A stretch of 64,000 nucleotides of DNA from Candidatus Vogelbacteria bacterium RIFOXYB1_FULL_42_16 (GTDB taxonomy: Bacteria > Patescibacteriota > Minisyncoccia > Phycocordibacterales > XYD1-FULL-46-19): NCBI GenBank assembly GCA_001823055.1, contig MHTH01000005.1:34667-98666 (forward strand), read 5' to 3'. The position numbers and the translations under genes are program-made. The notes beneath the pieces were generated by a model, which did no database searches, was not told the DNA's origin, and saw nothing but the letters and a program-made list of their open reading frames with translations. Below, one piece after another: positions 26,858 through 37,260 of the stretch. The stretch's first letter is position 1. Each line of letters opens with the position of its first letter.

Positions 26858-27802
26858 ATGAAAAAAATAGCTTTAATTACCGGTATTACCGGTCAAGATG
26901 GCTCCTATATGGCGGAATTGTTATTGGAAAAAGGTTATGAAGTCCATGGCATTGTTAGGAGGAACTCAGTTCAAGATTATAGAAATATCAGAAAAATCAA
27001 GGATAAAATAAAACTCCACGAAGGTGATTTGGCCGACAGCGGTTCCTTGCATAGAATTATGGCCGAAGTGATGCCGGATGAGGTCTATAATTTTGGTGCC
27101 ATGGCCGGTGTGAGTCCCAGTTTTAAGCAACCAGAATTTTCTTTGATGTCCTGCGGTGTCTCGGTCTGCTCACTATTAGAAGCTGTTAGATTGCTTAAAC
27201 CCAGTGTTAAATTTTTTCAAGCATCTTCTTCTCATATGTTTGGTAATACTTGTATTAGTCCGCAAAATGAATTGACTCCATTACAACCGATTAGTCCCTA
27301 TGGTTGTGGCAAAGCTTTAGGACATAATTTGGTCAGACATTATCGAGAAAGTTATAAAATGTTTGTGGTGTCGGGGATAATGTATGCCCACGCCTCTCCA
27401 AGATATTCTGAAGGGTTTTTGTTAAGCAAGATCGTCTCTACGATCCGTCGAATAAAAGCTGGTGAAGATATTAAACTAGAAGTCGGCGATATTGATGTGC
27501 CGATGGATATTGGTTACGCCAAAGATTATGTTGAAGCTATTTATCAAGCGGTGCAATTAGATACTCCTGAAGATTTTATTATTGGCACTGGTGAGATTCA
27601 TACTCCTCGGGAATTTATCGAGCTATCTTTTAAAGAGGCTGGTCTAGACTTAGATAAATATCTTGTTTATAACGAATCGTTGAAGCGTCCGTCAGAAGTT
27701 AGCGCCCTGGTCGCTGATTACTCTAAAGCCAACAAATTTTTTGATTATAAACCAAAAACATCCTTTAACGATTTTATTAAGATAATGGTGAATGGTTTAT
27801 GA
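26858..27802 (+). CDS. GDP-mannose 4,6-dehydratase paralogue or GDP-4-dehydro-6-deoxy-D-mannose reductase (Rmd)-like SDR
   Basis: [34 protein letters not shown] is GMD-like but the protein is shorter (314 aa). YGCGK catalytic motif present. Confidence 0.7.
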   Translation: MKKIALITGITGQDGSYMAELLLEKGYEVHGIVRRNSVQDYRNIRKIKDKIKLHEGDLADSGSLHRIMAEVMPDEVYNFGAMAGVSPSFKQPEFSLMSCGVSVCSLLEAVRLLKPSVKFFQASSSHMFGNTCISPQNELTPLQPISPYGCGKALGHNLVRHYRESYKMFVVSGIMYAHASPRYSEGFLLSKIVSTIRRIKAGEDIKLEVGDIDVPMDIGYAKDYVEAIYQAVQLDTPEDFIIGTGEIHTPREFIELSFKEAGLDLDKYLVYNESLKRPSEVSALVADYSKANKFFDYKPKTSFNDFIKIMVNGL

Positions 27803-28902
27803 CCAGAAAGTTAAAGATTGGTTATGTCACCACTTCCTTATCTTCCATTGATGGTTGGGGACGTTATTCTAAGTCGCTAGTAGAAGCTGTCTCAACCAAA
27901 GCCGAGACGATAGTCTTAACGGCCAACAGATCAAATAATGAATCAAAAAAAAATATTTCTGTTTATGATGTTTTACCAGTACCAAGTTTTCATCCCGTAG
28001 TTCAACTTAAAGTTTTATGGTATTCCTTGGTATATTTTCGAAAATGTGATGTTGTCCATAGTTTAGTGGAAGCTTATTCGCCCGGTCTAGCTCTCGCTTC
28101 TTATTTATTGGGTAGTAAATTGATCATGACTCTTCATGGCACCTATGCTGTTCCGCCCACCAAATTTTCTATTAAAAAATTGCTAATGAGAATTGCTTAT
28201 AGCCGTGTTTTAATTGCGACTACCGGCTCAAAATATACCGAACAAAAGGTTCGAGAAATAGTTAATTTTGGTGAATGTCGTTTTATTCCCAACGGTGTTG
28301 ACGATCAGATTTTTTATCGCTTGCCAGAAGCGAGAAATGAAAATTATTTAATTACTGTGGGGGCTCTAAAAGCGCGTAAGGGCGCGGATTTAGTCGTTAG
28401 ATCCATGCCCTTATTAATACATCAATTTCCTAATCTAAAATATAAAATTGTTGGTATCTCGGATGATGAGAATTTTATTAAACTTCTCCACGAACTAATC
28501 AAAAAAAATAATCTAGAAAATCGAGTAGAATTATTAGGTCGAGTTGATGATAGCGATTTACGTGCACTCTATAATAATGCCAGTGTTTTTATCTTGGCGG
28601 CTCGTGATAGTGGCGGAAATTTTGAAGGTTTCCCCATGGTTTTTTATGAAGCAAATGCTTGTGGTGTTCCAGTTATTACCACTAAAGGTTTTGGCTCAGA
28701 ATATGCCATTAAAAATGGGCAAAATGGTTTTGTGGTTGAGCCAGATAGTCCAGAAGCTATTGCCTTGGCGGTTAAAAAAATTATGGCCAGCGAAGAAGCT
28801 TATAATTCTTTTCAAAGAGCCTCTTTGCAGGAAGCTGCTCGACATACTTGGGTCAAGATTGCTGACCGTATTTTAGAGATGTATCGAGACGCCAGCAAGT
28901 AA
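27799..28902 (+). CDS. Glycosyltransferase family 4
   Basis: GFPMVFYEANACGVPVITT motif. 4-nt overlap with the upstream gene. Confidence 0.8.
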   Translation: MTRKLKIGYVTTSLSSIDGWGRYSKSLVEAVSTKAETIVLTANRSNNESKKNISVYDVLPVPSFHPVVQLKVLWYSLVYFRKCDVVHSLVEAYSPGLALASYLLGSKLIMTLHGTYAVPPTKFSIKKLLMRIAYSRVLIATTGSKYTEQKVREIVNFGECRFIPNGVDDQIFYRLPEARNENYLITVGALKARKGADLVVRSMPLLIHQFPNLKYKIVGISDDENFIKLLHELIKKNNLENRVELLGRVDDSDLRALYNNASVFILAARDSGGNFEGFPMVFYEANACGVPVITTKGFGSEYAIKNGQNGFVVEPDSPEAIALAVKKIMASEEAYNSFQRASLQEAARHTWVKIADRILEMYRDASK

Positions 28903-28907
28903 ATTTT

Positions 28908-30005
28908 ATGATCAAAGTTTCTTTTTTATCTCCAGCGATCAATAAAGAGGATATTGATTTAGCAATTAAGTCTATTAGATCAGGTTGGCTAGCCCCTGGT
29001 CCTTATACTAAAGAGTTCGAGAATCTCTTAAACGATTTTCTTCAAGTAAAAGGAGTTGCGATGTTGAATAGTTGCACTTCAGCTCTGCATCTTTCTTTGA
29101 TTTTAGCTGGGGTAAAAACCGGAGATGAAGTGATCACCACTCCTTTGACCTATGTGGCCACCAGTAATGCCATTCTTCATTGTGGAGCTACCCCAATTTT
29201 TGTGGACGTTGATTCAAAAACCGGTTTATTGGATTTGAAAAAAATTGAAAAAAAAATAACAAAAAAAACCAAAGCAATTATTCCTGTTCATCTCTATGGA
29301 CAAATGATTAATATGCGTCGCCTAAAAAAAATTGCCGACAAATATCATCTAAAAATTATTGAAGATGCCGCTCATGCCCTCGAAGCTTCGAGAGATGGTT
29401 ATCGTCCCGGACAGCTTGGTTTCGCTGCCTGTTTTAGTTTCCATGCCGCTAAAAATATCACTTCTGGTCAAGGTGGAGCCCTAGCTAGTCGTTTTTTGTC
29501 AAATATTACACAAACAAAAATTCTTCGCCGAGATGGTGTAATCAACAAAAATGACAAACGTCTTATGGTTGATTTTGGTTATAAATATGATACAGCTGAT
29601 TATCAAGCAGCCCTTTTAATTGGTCAATTAAAAAGAATCAAACATCTTCATCGTGAAAGGCAGATCATCTATCATCGTTACGAAAAAGCTTTTGCTGGTA
29701 CTATGGTTAATTTCCCTAAAATTGAAAATGGCGTCGTTCATTCTTATCATATGTTTGTTGCTCTCGTTGATTTCAAAAAACGAGATCGGATAAGAAAAAT
29801 TTTATCTCAAAAGGGGATTGAAACTTCCATCCATTATTCCCCAGTTCATTTAGAACCATATTATCGAAAAACTTTTGGCTACAAAAAAGGAGATTTTCCG
29901 GTCGCTGAAAAATTAGGTTCGATGATCATTACGCTACCAACTTACGGAAACTTAAGTCTCAAACAACAGAATTATATTATCAATAATCTCTTAAATTTGG
30001 TCTAG
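28908..30005 (+). CDS. DegT/DnrJ/EryC1-family PLP-dependent sugar aminotransferase (catalytic Lys present), e.g. GDP-perosamine synthase-like
   Basis: FSFHAAKNITSGQGGAL Lys motif. The position downstream of the Gmd-like gene suggests amination of a GDP-4-keto-6-deoxyhexose. Confidence 0.75.
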   Translation: MIKVSFLSPAINKEDIDLAIKSIRSGWLAPGPYTKEFENLLNDFLQVKGVAMLNSCTSALHLSLILAGVKTGDEVITTPLTYVATSNAILHCGATPIFVDVDSKTGLLDLKKIEKKITKKTKAIIPVHLYGQMINMRRLKKIADKYHLKIIEDAAHALEASRDGYRPGQLGFAACFSFHAAKNITSGQGGALASRFLSNITQTKILRRDGVINKNDKRLMVDFGYKYDTADYQAALLIGQLKRIKHLHRERQIIYHRYEKAFAGTMVNFPKIENGVVHSYHMFVALVDFKKRDRIRKILSQKGIETSIHYSPVHLEPYYRKTFGYKKGDFPVAEKLGSMIITLPTYGNLSLKQQNYIINNLLNLV

Positions 30006-30006
30006 A

Positions 30007-30735
30007 ATGAAAAAAATTATTAAAAAAATTTTTAAGCCGATCTATAATTTTATGGTTAATCCTCGTCAGCGCGAGATTTTTTCTAAATCGATTTTAAGAT
30101 ATATGTTTTTACCAACTCCCAATCGAAAAGACGATATTCTTTCTTTGGTGATGGGTTTTGCTAATTTTACTGGTCCGAAAGGGGATTATTTAGAATTTGG
30201 AGTCTGGAAAGGTGGTAGTCTATGCGCGGCTTTTTATCAAGCGAAAGGAAAACCTAATTTACAAAAAATGCGGTTTTATGCTTTTGATTCATTTGAAGGT
30301 TTACCAGCGGTCGAAGGATTAGATGCCCAATCAGATGATTTTTCTAAGGGAGAATATGCTTGCAGTTTGGAAGGAGTTAAAGCTAACTTAAAAGATTGGG
30401 GAGTTGATCTTAATAGGTTCGAATTCATTAAAGGTTGGTTTAAAGATACTTTAAACGAAGAAACAAGAAAAAGCTTAAAAATTAAAACAGCTGCGGTGGT
30501 TTATATCGACAGCGATCTTTATGAATCTGCTTGTCTCGTCCTTGATTTTATTACTCCCTATATCGCCGATGGCACAATTTTAATTTTTGATGACTGGTAC
30601 TGTTTTAAGGGTCATCCTGATCGAGGGGAACAAAAAGCTTTTAAAGAATGGTTGGAAAAAAATCAAAAATGGCAGGCTACTCCTTACCATCAATTTGGCT
30701 GGATGGGTCATTCTTTTATTATTAACGAAAAATGA
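30007..30735 (+). CDS. TylF/MycF-family (macrocin-O-methyltransferase-like) sugar O-methyltransferase
   Basis: EFGVWKGGS...VYIDSDLYES...GTILIFDDW motifs of PF05711-type methyltransferases. Confidence 0.65.
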   Translation: MKKIIKKIFKPIYNFMVNPRQREIFSKSILRYMFLPTPNRKDDILSLVMGFANFTGPKGDYLEFGVWKGGSLCAAFYQAKGKPNLQKMRFYAFDSFEGLPAVEGLDAQSDDFSKGEYACSLEGVKANLKDWGVDLNRFEFIKGWFKDTLNEETRKSLKIKTAAVVYIDSDLYESACLVLDFITPYIADGTILIFDDWYCFKGHPDRGEQKAFKEWLEKNQKWQATPYHQFGWMGHSFIINEK

Positions 30736-32141
30736 GAACAGTTTTTTTAGCGGTCTACCATCCCTATTCTTCGAGGAATGTTTTAAGTAACGGTATGGTG
30801 GAAAATTTGATTGCTCAGAAAGATATCCGAGTCGTGGTTTTTTGTCAGGCAATAAAAAAAGATTTTTTTGTCGCTAATTACAGCCAAGATAGAATTATTA
30901 TTGAATCTTTTTCTGATGATCGTAAGACTTTTTTTTCTTCAGTTAGTATGTTTTTTGACCGATGGACGACTTGGATGTTGCCAACTTTTACTATTGGCTT
31001 AAGAATGCGAGAAAAATTATACCGTCGTAAGAATTTAAAATCATTCATTATCTTTTTTTTGGAAAGCGCTTGCTTTTTGCTGGGTCGATTTAAAATCTGG
31101 CGCCGATTTGTTCGCTGGCTAGATTATCGTCTGGCAGATAAAAGTTTTCTGGATGATTTTATAGATAAATATCAACCAGACTTATTTTTAGCATCTGATA
31201 TATTTTCACCGGAAGAAACCATGTTTATGATGGCTTGTCGGGCAAAAAAAATCCCCATTATTTCAATGGTGCGATCTTGGGATGGGACGACCAATAAACG
31301 TATTTTTAGGATTTTGCCAGACTATCTTTTAGCCAGTAATCTTTTTATAAAAAATGAGGCAATTAAATACCATGATATGTCCGCTAATAAGATTTTTGTG
31401 ACTGGTATGCCCCAATACGATCTTTATTGCCAATATCTGGAAAAAATCAAAAAAGAAACTCCGGTAGATGTTGTTAAAGCCAAAGATAATTTTTTTCGCA
31501 CCATGGGTCTTGATCCTCTTAAGAGATTAATTCTTTTTGCTCCTGCTGGCGACTATCTGACAGATATTGATTGGCAAATTCTAGAGATAATCAAACAAGC
31601 GCAGGGTTCTGGTCGTCTCCCGAACGATATCCAGTTTTTAGTTCGGCAACATCCCAGTCTGCCAGCGAATCTGTCTCGTTTTAGTGGCGGAAAAAATTTT
31701 ATTATTGAGAAACCACCTGGCGCTCATTTTACATCCAGATATCGAATGACAGAAATGGACAAGGACAGTGTCGAGCATCTTTGCGATTCATTGCGTTTCT
31801 CTGATGTCTTGATTCAGTTTTCTTCCACGATTGGCTTGGATGCGTGTGTTTTTGATTTACCGCAAATAATGGTTGCTTTTGATGGTTGGGAGAACAAACC
31901 CTACATCGATAGTGTTAAACGTTATCATGATGAGATAAATATGAAGTATTTTATTTCTCTTAAACCAGCTGTCGTTGCTAAAAATGAACAGGAAATGATC
32001 GATTCCATTGATATCTATCTGAAAAATCGATTCCTGAACAGTGAAGGTCGGACTCAAGCGATAAAAGATATAATTTTTTTATTTGATGGTTTTTGCGCCC
32101 AGAGAATAAGTGATTTTATTCTAAAAAAACTACCGGCCTAA
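30732..32141 (+). CDS. Hypothetical GT-B-like transferase (possibly TagF-like CDP-glycerol glycerophosphotransferase family)
   Basis: Weak resemblance only (…RQHPSLP…, VTGMPQYD). Confidence 0.3.
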   Translation: MRTVFLAVYHPYSSRNVLSNGMVENLIAQKDIRVVVFCQAIKKDFFVANYSQDRIIIESFSDDRKTFFSSVSMFFDRWTTWMLPTFTIGLRMREKLYRRKNLKSFIIFFLESACFLLGRFKIWRRFVRWLDYRLADKSFLDDFIDKYQPDLFLASDIFSPEETMFMMACRAKKIPIISMVRSWDGTTNKRIFRILPDYLLASNLFIKNEAIKYHDMSANKIFVTGMPQYDLYCQYLEKIKKETPVDVVKAKDNFFRTMGLDPLKRLILFAPAGDYLTDIDWQILEIIKQAQGSGRLPNDIQFLVRQHPSLPANLSRFSGGKNFIIEKPPGAHFTSRYRMTEMDKDSVEHLCDSLRFSDVLIQFSSTIGLDACVFDLPQIMVAFDGWENKPYIDSVKRYHDEINMKYFISLKPAVVAKNEQEMIDSIDIYLKNRFLNSEGRTQAIKDIIFLFDGFCAQRISDFILKKLPA

Positions 32142-32854
32142 GTTGGCAGTTTTTTTAGGATTTTCATTTTTTGTCGGCAAATAAAAAGATCTTCTGGTGT
32201 GTTAATATCGGCATTATAAAAATCATCCATAACATAAAGCTCTACTTTATTACCATAAAGATTTGGTTTTTTCTCGAGGAGATTTTTAGGTTTAAGTAAA
32301 TAAATCATATCATTACGCGAATAACATGGTGGTAAATCTTGGCTGCGGGTGATAATTTTAGTTAATGGTTGGCCGGTAAATAGAATACATTTTCCCTGGC
32401 TATCTTTTTTAAGAATCCAGTGCGGATTAGCATTAGCTTTAGCCTCAATTACTGATACCACTGAATCTGACCTTGTGTTTTTAAAGATTTCTATCGCTTC
32501 ATTAATATGTTTGGGTAATCGTAGGGGGGAAGTGGGCATCAATAAAGCAATCGCATCAGGCTGATAACCATTTTCCTTCTTTAACCAATTCAAAGCATGA
32601 ATCAAAACCGGCTCAATACCCAATTTGTCGCCAGCTAAATCGGCTGGTCTTAAAAAAGGCACTTCTGCTTTATAACGCTTGGCGATCCTGGCAATTTTCG
32701 GGTCATCGGTTGAAACTAATACCCGGTCTAGATGACTTTTCAAGGCGCTTTCAATTGTCCAAGCGATTAGTGGTTTGCCTCCAACCGGCTTGATGTTTTT
32801 ACCCGGTACGCGTTTGGAGCCACCTCTGGCTGGGATAATTCCTAAAATTTTCAT
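32138..32854 (-). CDS. CMP-sugar cytidylyltransferase (acylneuraminate / nonulosonate cytidylyltransferase family)
   Basis: N-terminal ILGIIPARGGSKRVPGKNIKPVGGKPLIAWTIE is the NeuA/KdsB-family signature. Confidence 0.8.
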   Translation of the reverse strand: MKILGIIPARGGSKRVPGKNIKPVGGKPLIAWTIESALKSHLDRVLVSTDDPKIARIAKRYKAEVPFLRPADLAGDKLGIEPVLIHALNWLKKENGYQPDAIALLMPTSPLRLPKHINEAIEIFKNTRSDSVVSVIEAKANANPHWILKKDSQGKCILFTGQPLTKIITRSQDLPPCYSRNDMIYLLKPKNLLEKKPNLYGNKVELYVMDDFYNADINTPEDLFICRQKMKILKKLPT

Positions 32855-32872
32855 ATGGAGCTATAATACTGG

Positions 32873-33838
32873 ATGTTATCAGTCTGTGCAAACCAAATGG
32901 AAATACAAAATTGGCCCATTAATCAAGAACTTAAAAAAGAAGCCGATAATCACTATCGGACAAATTTGTCTTTGGCGATAAAAGATCAAGAGCCGTGGGA
33001 GATTATTAGCCGACTAACTTTTGATGGTGTGGCGCCAAAGCTAACCTTGATTGAGATCAAGGGTCTGTTTGATTGGGTTAATAAAAAGGTATTAAAGAAT
33101 AAATTATCTGGCATTGGTCTGGAATTGGGAGCTGGGGCTGGTTTTATGAGCGCGATTCTTGCCGATCGACCGGAAGTCCAGAAAGTCTATGCAGTTGAGG
33201 CGGTAGAAAATATCGTCAAAGAATTGGGACCGAAAATTACTAACTATGTGCTTAAAGATAAATCGGATAAGGTTATTGGTTGTATTGGCGATTTTGATAA
33301 CTTACAATTGAGTGATAATTCGATTGATTTTGTTTTTGATTTTTACTCTCTGCATCATTCGCCAGATTTGGGAAAAACTCTGAGGGGAACATCACGAGTC
33401 TTAAAAAGGGGAGGCTTCGTTTTATGTTTTGACAAGACACGAGATAATAAGTTGACGATAGATGATCTAGATAAATTACTTGATCAAGAATATAGCCGTG
33501 AAAGTAAGATTTTGATGGGGCTTAATCCTGACATTAAACATACCCGTCGACAAAATGGTGAACAAGAATACCGGTTGTCTGATTGGGAAAAGGCTTTTAA
33601 AAAAAATGGTTTTGACTGGATTGAGCATTATCACTTGGCGAGAGTGACTGGAAATTTTATTTTGCGTTTAATTAAGAAATTTATTAGTTGTCTACCGCTT
33701 TTTATTCAAATTAAAATCACAAAAATACTTTACAAAAATAAAAAGGTTAATAATTTGGAAATTTCCAATTTAGTTTTTTGTCCACCGGTACAAAATTTTC
33801 CTAAGGAGATCTCACTAATTATCGCCTATAAAAATTAG
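32873..33838 (+). CDS. Class I SAM-dependent methyltransferase
   Basis: GLELGAGAGFMSAIL motif I. Confidence 0.6.
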   Translation: MLSVCANQMEIQNWPINQELKKEADNHYRTNLSLAIKDQEPWEIISRLTFDGVAPKLTLIEIKGLFDWVNKKVLKNKLSGIGLELGAGAGFMSAILADRPEVQKVYAVEAVENIVKELGPKITNYVLKDKSDKVIGCIGDFDNLQLSDNSIDFVFDFYSLHHSPDLGKTLRGTSRVLKRGGFVLCFDKTRDNKLTIDDLDKLLDQEYSRESKILMGLNPDIKHTRRQNGEQEYRLSDWEKAFKKNGFDWIEHYHLARVTGNFILRLIKKFISCLPLFIQIKITKILYKNKKVNNLEISNLVFCPPVQNFPKEISLIIAYKN

Positions 33839-33867
33839 AGCCCGTTGCGATTAATCGCAACGGGCTC
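33838..33867. terminator. Bidirectional hairpin terminator between convergent genes (GAGCCCGTTGCGA-ttaa-TCGCAACGGGCTC)
   Basis: Perfect 13-bp GC-rich inverted repeat between the stop of the + gene and the stop of the - rSAM gene. An A/T run lies on the upstream side. Confidence 0.7.
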
Positions 33868-33876
33868 GTGAAGTGT

Positions 33877-35484
33877 TCACAGAGATAGAATCTTCTCAAC
33901 CTGCCCCCGATTGATTAGATCGCGAGCAATCAAAAATTGGTCATCCGACATCTCGCCGTAATTGACTGGCGAGCCGTCTTTGGCCGTCAGGACCTTAGTC
34001 GCGTCGTCGAGTGACTCGACATAACGTTTCAAGTTTCGGTCGTGAACCGGTTGATTAGACCGATCAAAACTTAAACTGAAGCGTGAGGCCAGAATCTGTC
34101 TCACTTTTGGTTCGCTGAACATCGCTGTTCCCGGATAGGCCGTTGCGGTGAACATTTTCCGGTTGATTGAGGCAACTGCTCGTTCATACTCCGGCGTGCC
34201 GGAAATAAGACCCTCGGTCGCCTCTTCAGTCTGCCAGAGGATGAAAGCCACACTGGTCTTCAGGTCATTCAGCGTCTCACCGGGATAAGCCATAATCCAG
34301 GTGCAATTGGAATGGATTCCCACTTCATGACAATGTTTAATCCCGTCCACCATCGTGCGAGGAAAGGAATGACCGTTTATTTGGACAGATCCTCCCCTTA
34401 ACATAAATCCACCCTTGTTCATCCTGGTGAGGACCGAAGCGCTGGCGCTTTCGGCGCCAAAACCAATGTAGATACAACCGGCTTTGACCATCAGGGCCAA
34501 TCGATCATCCGCTTCGTCCAAACGAGTATGAGTACCCCAGAGCAGACCGACTTCACATTGAAAGCGCTCGGCCAGAATGGCTAAACGCTTCTTGTCTATG
34601 GCGAAATTGTCATCAGGAAAACCCAGAAAATCTAGCTGATAGCAATCCCGTAGCCAGACAGCTTCTTTGATTAAATCATCAGCGCTTCGATTGCGATATT
34701 TTTGTTGACCCTGAGTGCCTCGCCAACAAAAAGCGCAACCATGAGGACAGCCTCGCGAAGAAACGGTCGTCAGACTTCGGTCCATGGTGAAGGATGTGGC
34801 AGAACTGTTATTGGCACTTCCACCCCAGACCGGAGTCTGGATATAATCCTCCAACAACGGATAGCCATCAACATCTCGTTCCAATAGATCCCAGGCGGGA
34901 AATGGCAAACCATCCAGACATTTTAATCTGGTTCCGCGATAGACCTTTTTGTCGGCCAAGAATTGATGCCAAGCTTGATGACCTTGGTCTCGATGTCGTC
35001 TCACTTGTTCGGCGATGGTCAAGATGATCTCATCTCCTTCTCCCAAGACAATAGCGTTGAGATCGGTAATCCACGATAGGAGAGTTTCTCCTATCTCTGT
35101 CGCCAATCCGCCTCCGGAAATTATGAATGCTTCCGGAATTAGTTGGCGACAGATTTGAGCCACGGTCTCTTGCCAACGGAGGGTGGTAATCATCCCTGAT
35201 AGGGCAATGATCGCCGGCTCCCCGTCGCGATTAAAGTAACGAGAAATCAGATCCCCAGCTTCTCTTGCAGTTAAGTGGCGGCCATAAGACAATCCACGTT
35301 TTTTGGCTAGCTGATCGGAGATCCGATAGCCATTCAGATCGATGATACTTACTGCGGCATTACGCTGACGCAGATTAGCGGCCAATAAGCCCGGCCCTTG
35401 GGGGGGGGTATTGGGCCTGGCGTTTTCGCGCAGAGGCAGATTGATAATTGCCATCACCAATCCATCTAAGTTCCCATTGACCAT
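33877..35484 (-). CDS. B12-binding-domain radical SAM enzyme
   Basis: CxxxCxxC-type cluster motif SSRGCPHGCAFCW. An N-terminal cobalamin-binding-like domain. Markedly higher GC than neighbours. Contains a G9/C9 homopolymer at 35400-35408 near its 5' end. Confidence 0.8.
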   Translation of the reverse strand: MVNGNLDGLVMAIINLPLRENARPNTPPQGPGLLAANLRQRNAAVSIIDLNGYRISDQLAKKRGLSYGRHLTAREAGDLISRYFNRDGEPAIIALSGMITTLRWQETVAQICRQLIPEAFIISGGGLATEIGETLLSWITDLNAIVLGEGDEIILTIAEQVRRHRDQGHQAWHQFLADKKVYRGTRLKCLDGLPFPAWDLLERDVDGYPLLEDYIQTPVWGGSANNSSATSFTMDRSLTTVSSRGCPHGCAFCWRGTQGQQKYRNRSADDLIKEAVWLRDCYQLDFLGFPDDNFAIDKKRLAILAERFQCEVGLLWGTHTRLDEADDRLALMVKAGCIYIGFGAESASASVLTRMNKGGFMLRGGSVQINGHSFPRTMVDGIKHCHEVGIHSNCTWIMAYPGETLNDLKTSVAFILWQTEEATEGLISGTPEYERAVASINRKMFTATAYPGTAMFSEPKVRQILASRFSLSFDRSNQPVHDRNLKRYVESLDDATKVLTAKDGSPVNYGEMSDDQFLIARDLINRGQVEKILSL

Positions 35485-35680
35485 TATTACCTACCTTTCT
35501 TTCAGGGTTGTTTGTTTGGAAGAATTTCCTTCTGGGCCTGGACTTTGTCCGTCTTTGTCAATGTTCCGATCCACAGTTCCAGCCAAACCATACTATATTT
35601 TCTTTATCATGGCAATACTTTGTTTTTTGAGGATTTAAAAGTTATAATAGGCCGTATTGTGATTTGGTATTTTAAATAAA

Positions 35681-36289
35681 ATGACGTTTCCAAGCACTGA
35701 AAATTATTCATATCTTAAACTCAGTTCAAAAAAAATACTTGCCGGCGTTAAAGCGGTGATTTTTGATTTCGATGGTGTTTTTACCGATAATCGTGTTTCT
35801 TATCTAAATGGACGGCAAGTAAAAACCCGAAGTTATTACGATGGTCAGGGGGTGTCTTTATTGAGAGCAATAGGAATAAAAGTAGCGATTATAACTGGCG
35901 AAAAAGGCATATCAGCTTCTTTGGCTAAAGAAACTGTCAAGATTTGGAATGATTTACCTTCAACAAAAAAAAATGGTTCAAGCCAATGGCCCAAGGTTGA
36001 ATTATTTTGCGGATATTATTCAAAAGATAAGGTCACCGTCGCTTCCAAATGGCTGAATAAATTAAAAATAAAACCGGAAGAATGCCTGGTCATGGGTGAT
36101 GATTTGGTTGATTTACCTCTTTTAAAGTTGGCTAATTTTAAAGCGGTACCTATTTCAGGAGAAAAAACCACCAGAGATTTGGCTGATTTTGTCAGTCGTC
36201 GACCGGGTGGTTCTGGGGCAGTCCGCGATTTAGTCAATCTTATCTTGGAAGTTAAGGGAGTTGACCCGTATTCCCTACCTCTATCTTAA
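35681..36289 (+). CDS. HAD-IIIA phosphatase, KdsC-like (3-deoxy-sugar-acid 8/9-phosphate phosphatase family)
   Basis: VKAVIFDFDGVFTDNRV ... GDDLVDLP motifs match the KdsC/Kdn-9-P phosphatase subfamily. Has an internal ~30-aa insertion. Confidence 0.6.
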   Translation: MTFPSTENYSYLKLSSKKILAGVKAVIFDFDGVFTDNRVSYLNGRQVKTRSYYDGQGVSLLRAIGIKVAIITGEKGISASLAKETVKIWNDLPSTKKNGSSQWPKVELFCGYYSKDKVTVASKWLNKLKIKPEECLVMGDDLVDLPLLKLANFKAVPISGEKTTRDLADFVSRRPGGSGAVRDLVNLILEVKGVDPYSLPLS

Positions 36290-36330
36290 AAAGGATTTTT
36301 TATTTAAAAACAAAAAATAGAAAAATTAAT

Positions 36331-37212
36331 ATGTCAAATCCAAAAGTTAGCATTATCATTCCCACCTATGGTCGATCCGAATATTTGAAAGATCTTATTG
36401 AATCAATAAGGAAGACTACGCCCCAAGGTAACTATGAAATCATAGTTGTTTCTTCTGATCTACCCGAATCAGAAAAAGTAAAATGGTTGTCGCAGGAGAA
36501 AGATGTCAAGATAGTATTGGCCGGCACCAGAAAAGCTTGGCAAGTGAGGAAAAATAGTTTGGCTCATTATATGAATCAAGGAGTTAAAAACTCAAATTAT
36601 GAATGGATATTTGTGGTCAATGATGATATGTTTTTTGCCCCCGACTGGTATCAGGAATTGGTAAATTTCCTAGCCGATCCCGATAATTCGAATGTTGGTA
36701 TGATTGTTGTTTCGACCCATATTGGCCATGTCAGTTATGGCCTGAGAATTCCAGTGATTGGAAAGACAAAAAAGGGCGATGGCAATTGGAAGGATTTATA
36801 CCTATCCGACTTTGCTATCGTGAAAAAAAGTGTTTTGGAAGAAATAGGTTTATGGGATGAAAAAATAAATTGGGCTGGTTACAGCACTGATGCTTCAATG
36901 GCGATTGAATTTCTAACTAATAAAGAAATTATTGCTTCAGAAAAGATAAAGCTCGACCATTTTATTGTCCGTGAAGAACGTAATGCGGAGACGATTAATG
37001 AATTTGAGGATTTCAACTATGTTAAAAGAAAATGGGATAAATTATGCCAAGAGCATAATTGTCAATATGTTTGCGACTTTGGTGGTGTTAAACCATATAC
37101 TTTCAAAAATAGGTTGGTAAATTATTTAAGGAAAAAACGGCAGATAATTTTTAGATATAAAAAATATCTAATAAAATACCTAACTCAAGTGGTTAAAAAA
37201 TGGAGAACTTAA
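36331..37212 (+). CDS. Glycosyltransferase family 2
   Basis: VSIIIPTYGRSEYL and DD motif. Confidence 0.7.
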   Translation: MSNPKVSIIIPTYGRSEYLKDLIESIRKTTPQGNYEIIVVSSDLPESEKVKWLSQEKDVKIVLAGTRKAWQVRKNSLAHYMNQGVKNSNYEWIFVVNDDMFFAPDWYQELVNFLADPDNSNVGMIVVSTHIGHVSYGLRIPVIGKTKKGDGNWKDLYLSDFAIVKKSVLEEIGLWDEKINWAGYSTDASMAIEFLTNKEIIASEKIKLDHFIVREERNAETINEFEDFNYVKRKWDKLCQEHNCQYVCDFGGVKPYTFKNRLVNYLRKKRQIIFRYKKYLIKYLTQVVKKWRT

Positions 37213-37260
37213 CAACGTAAATTTTCATTTTCAATTTTAATGGTCTAGGGTAAAATTCTC

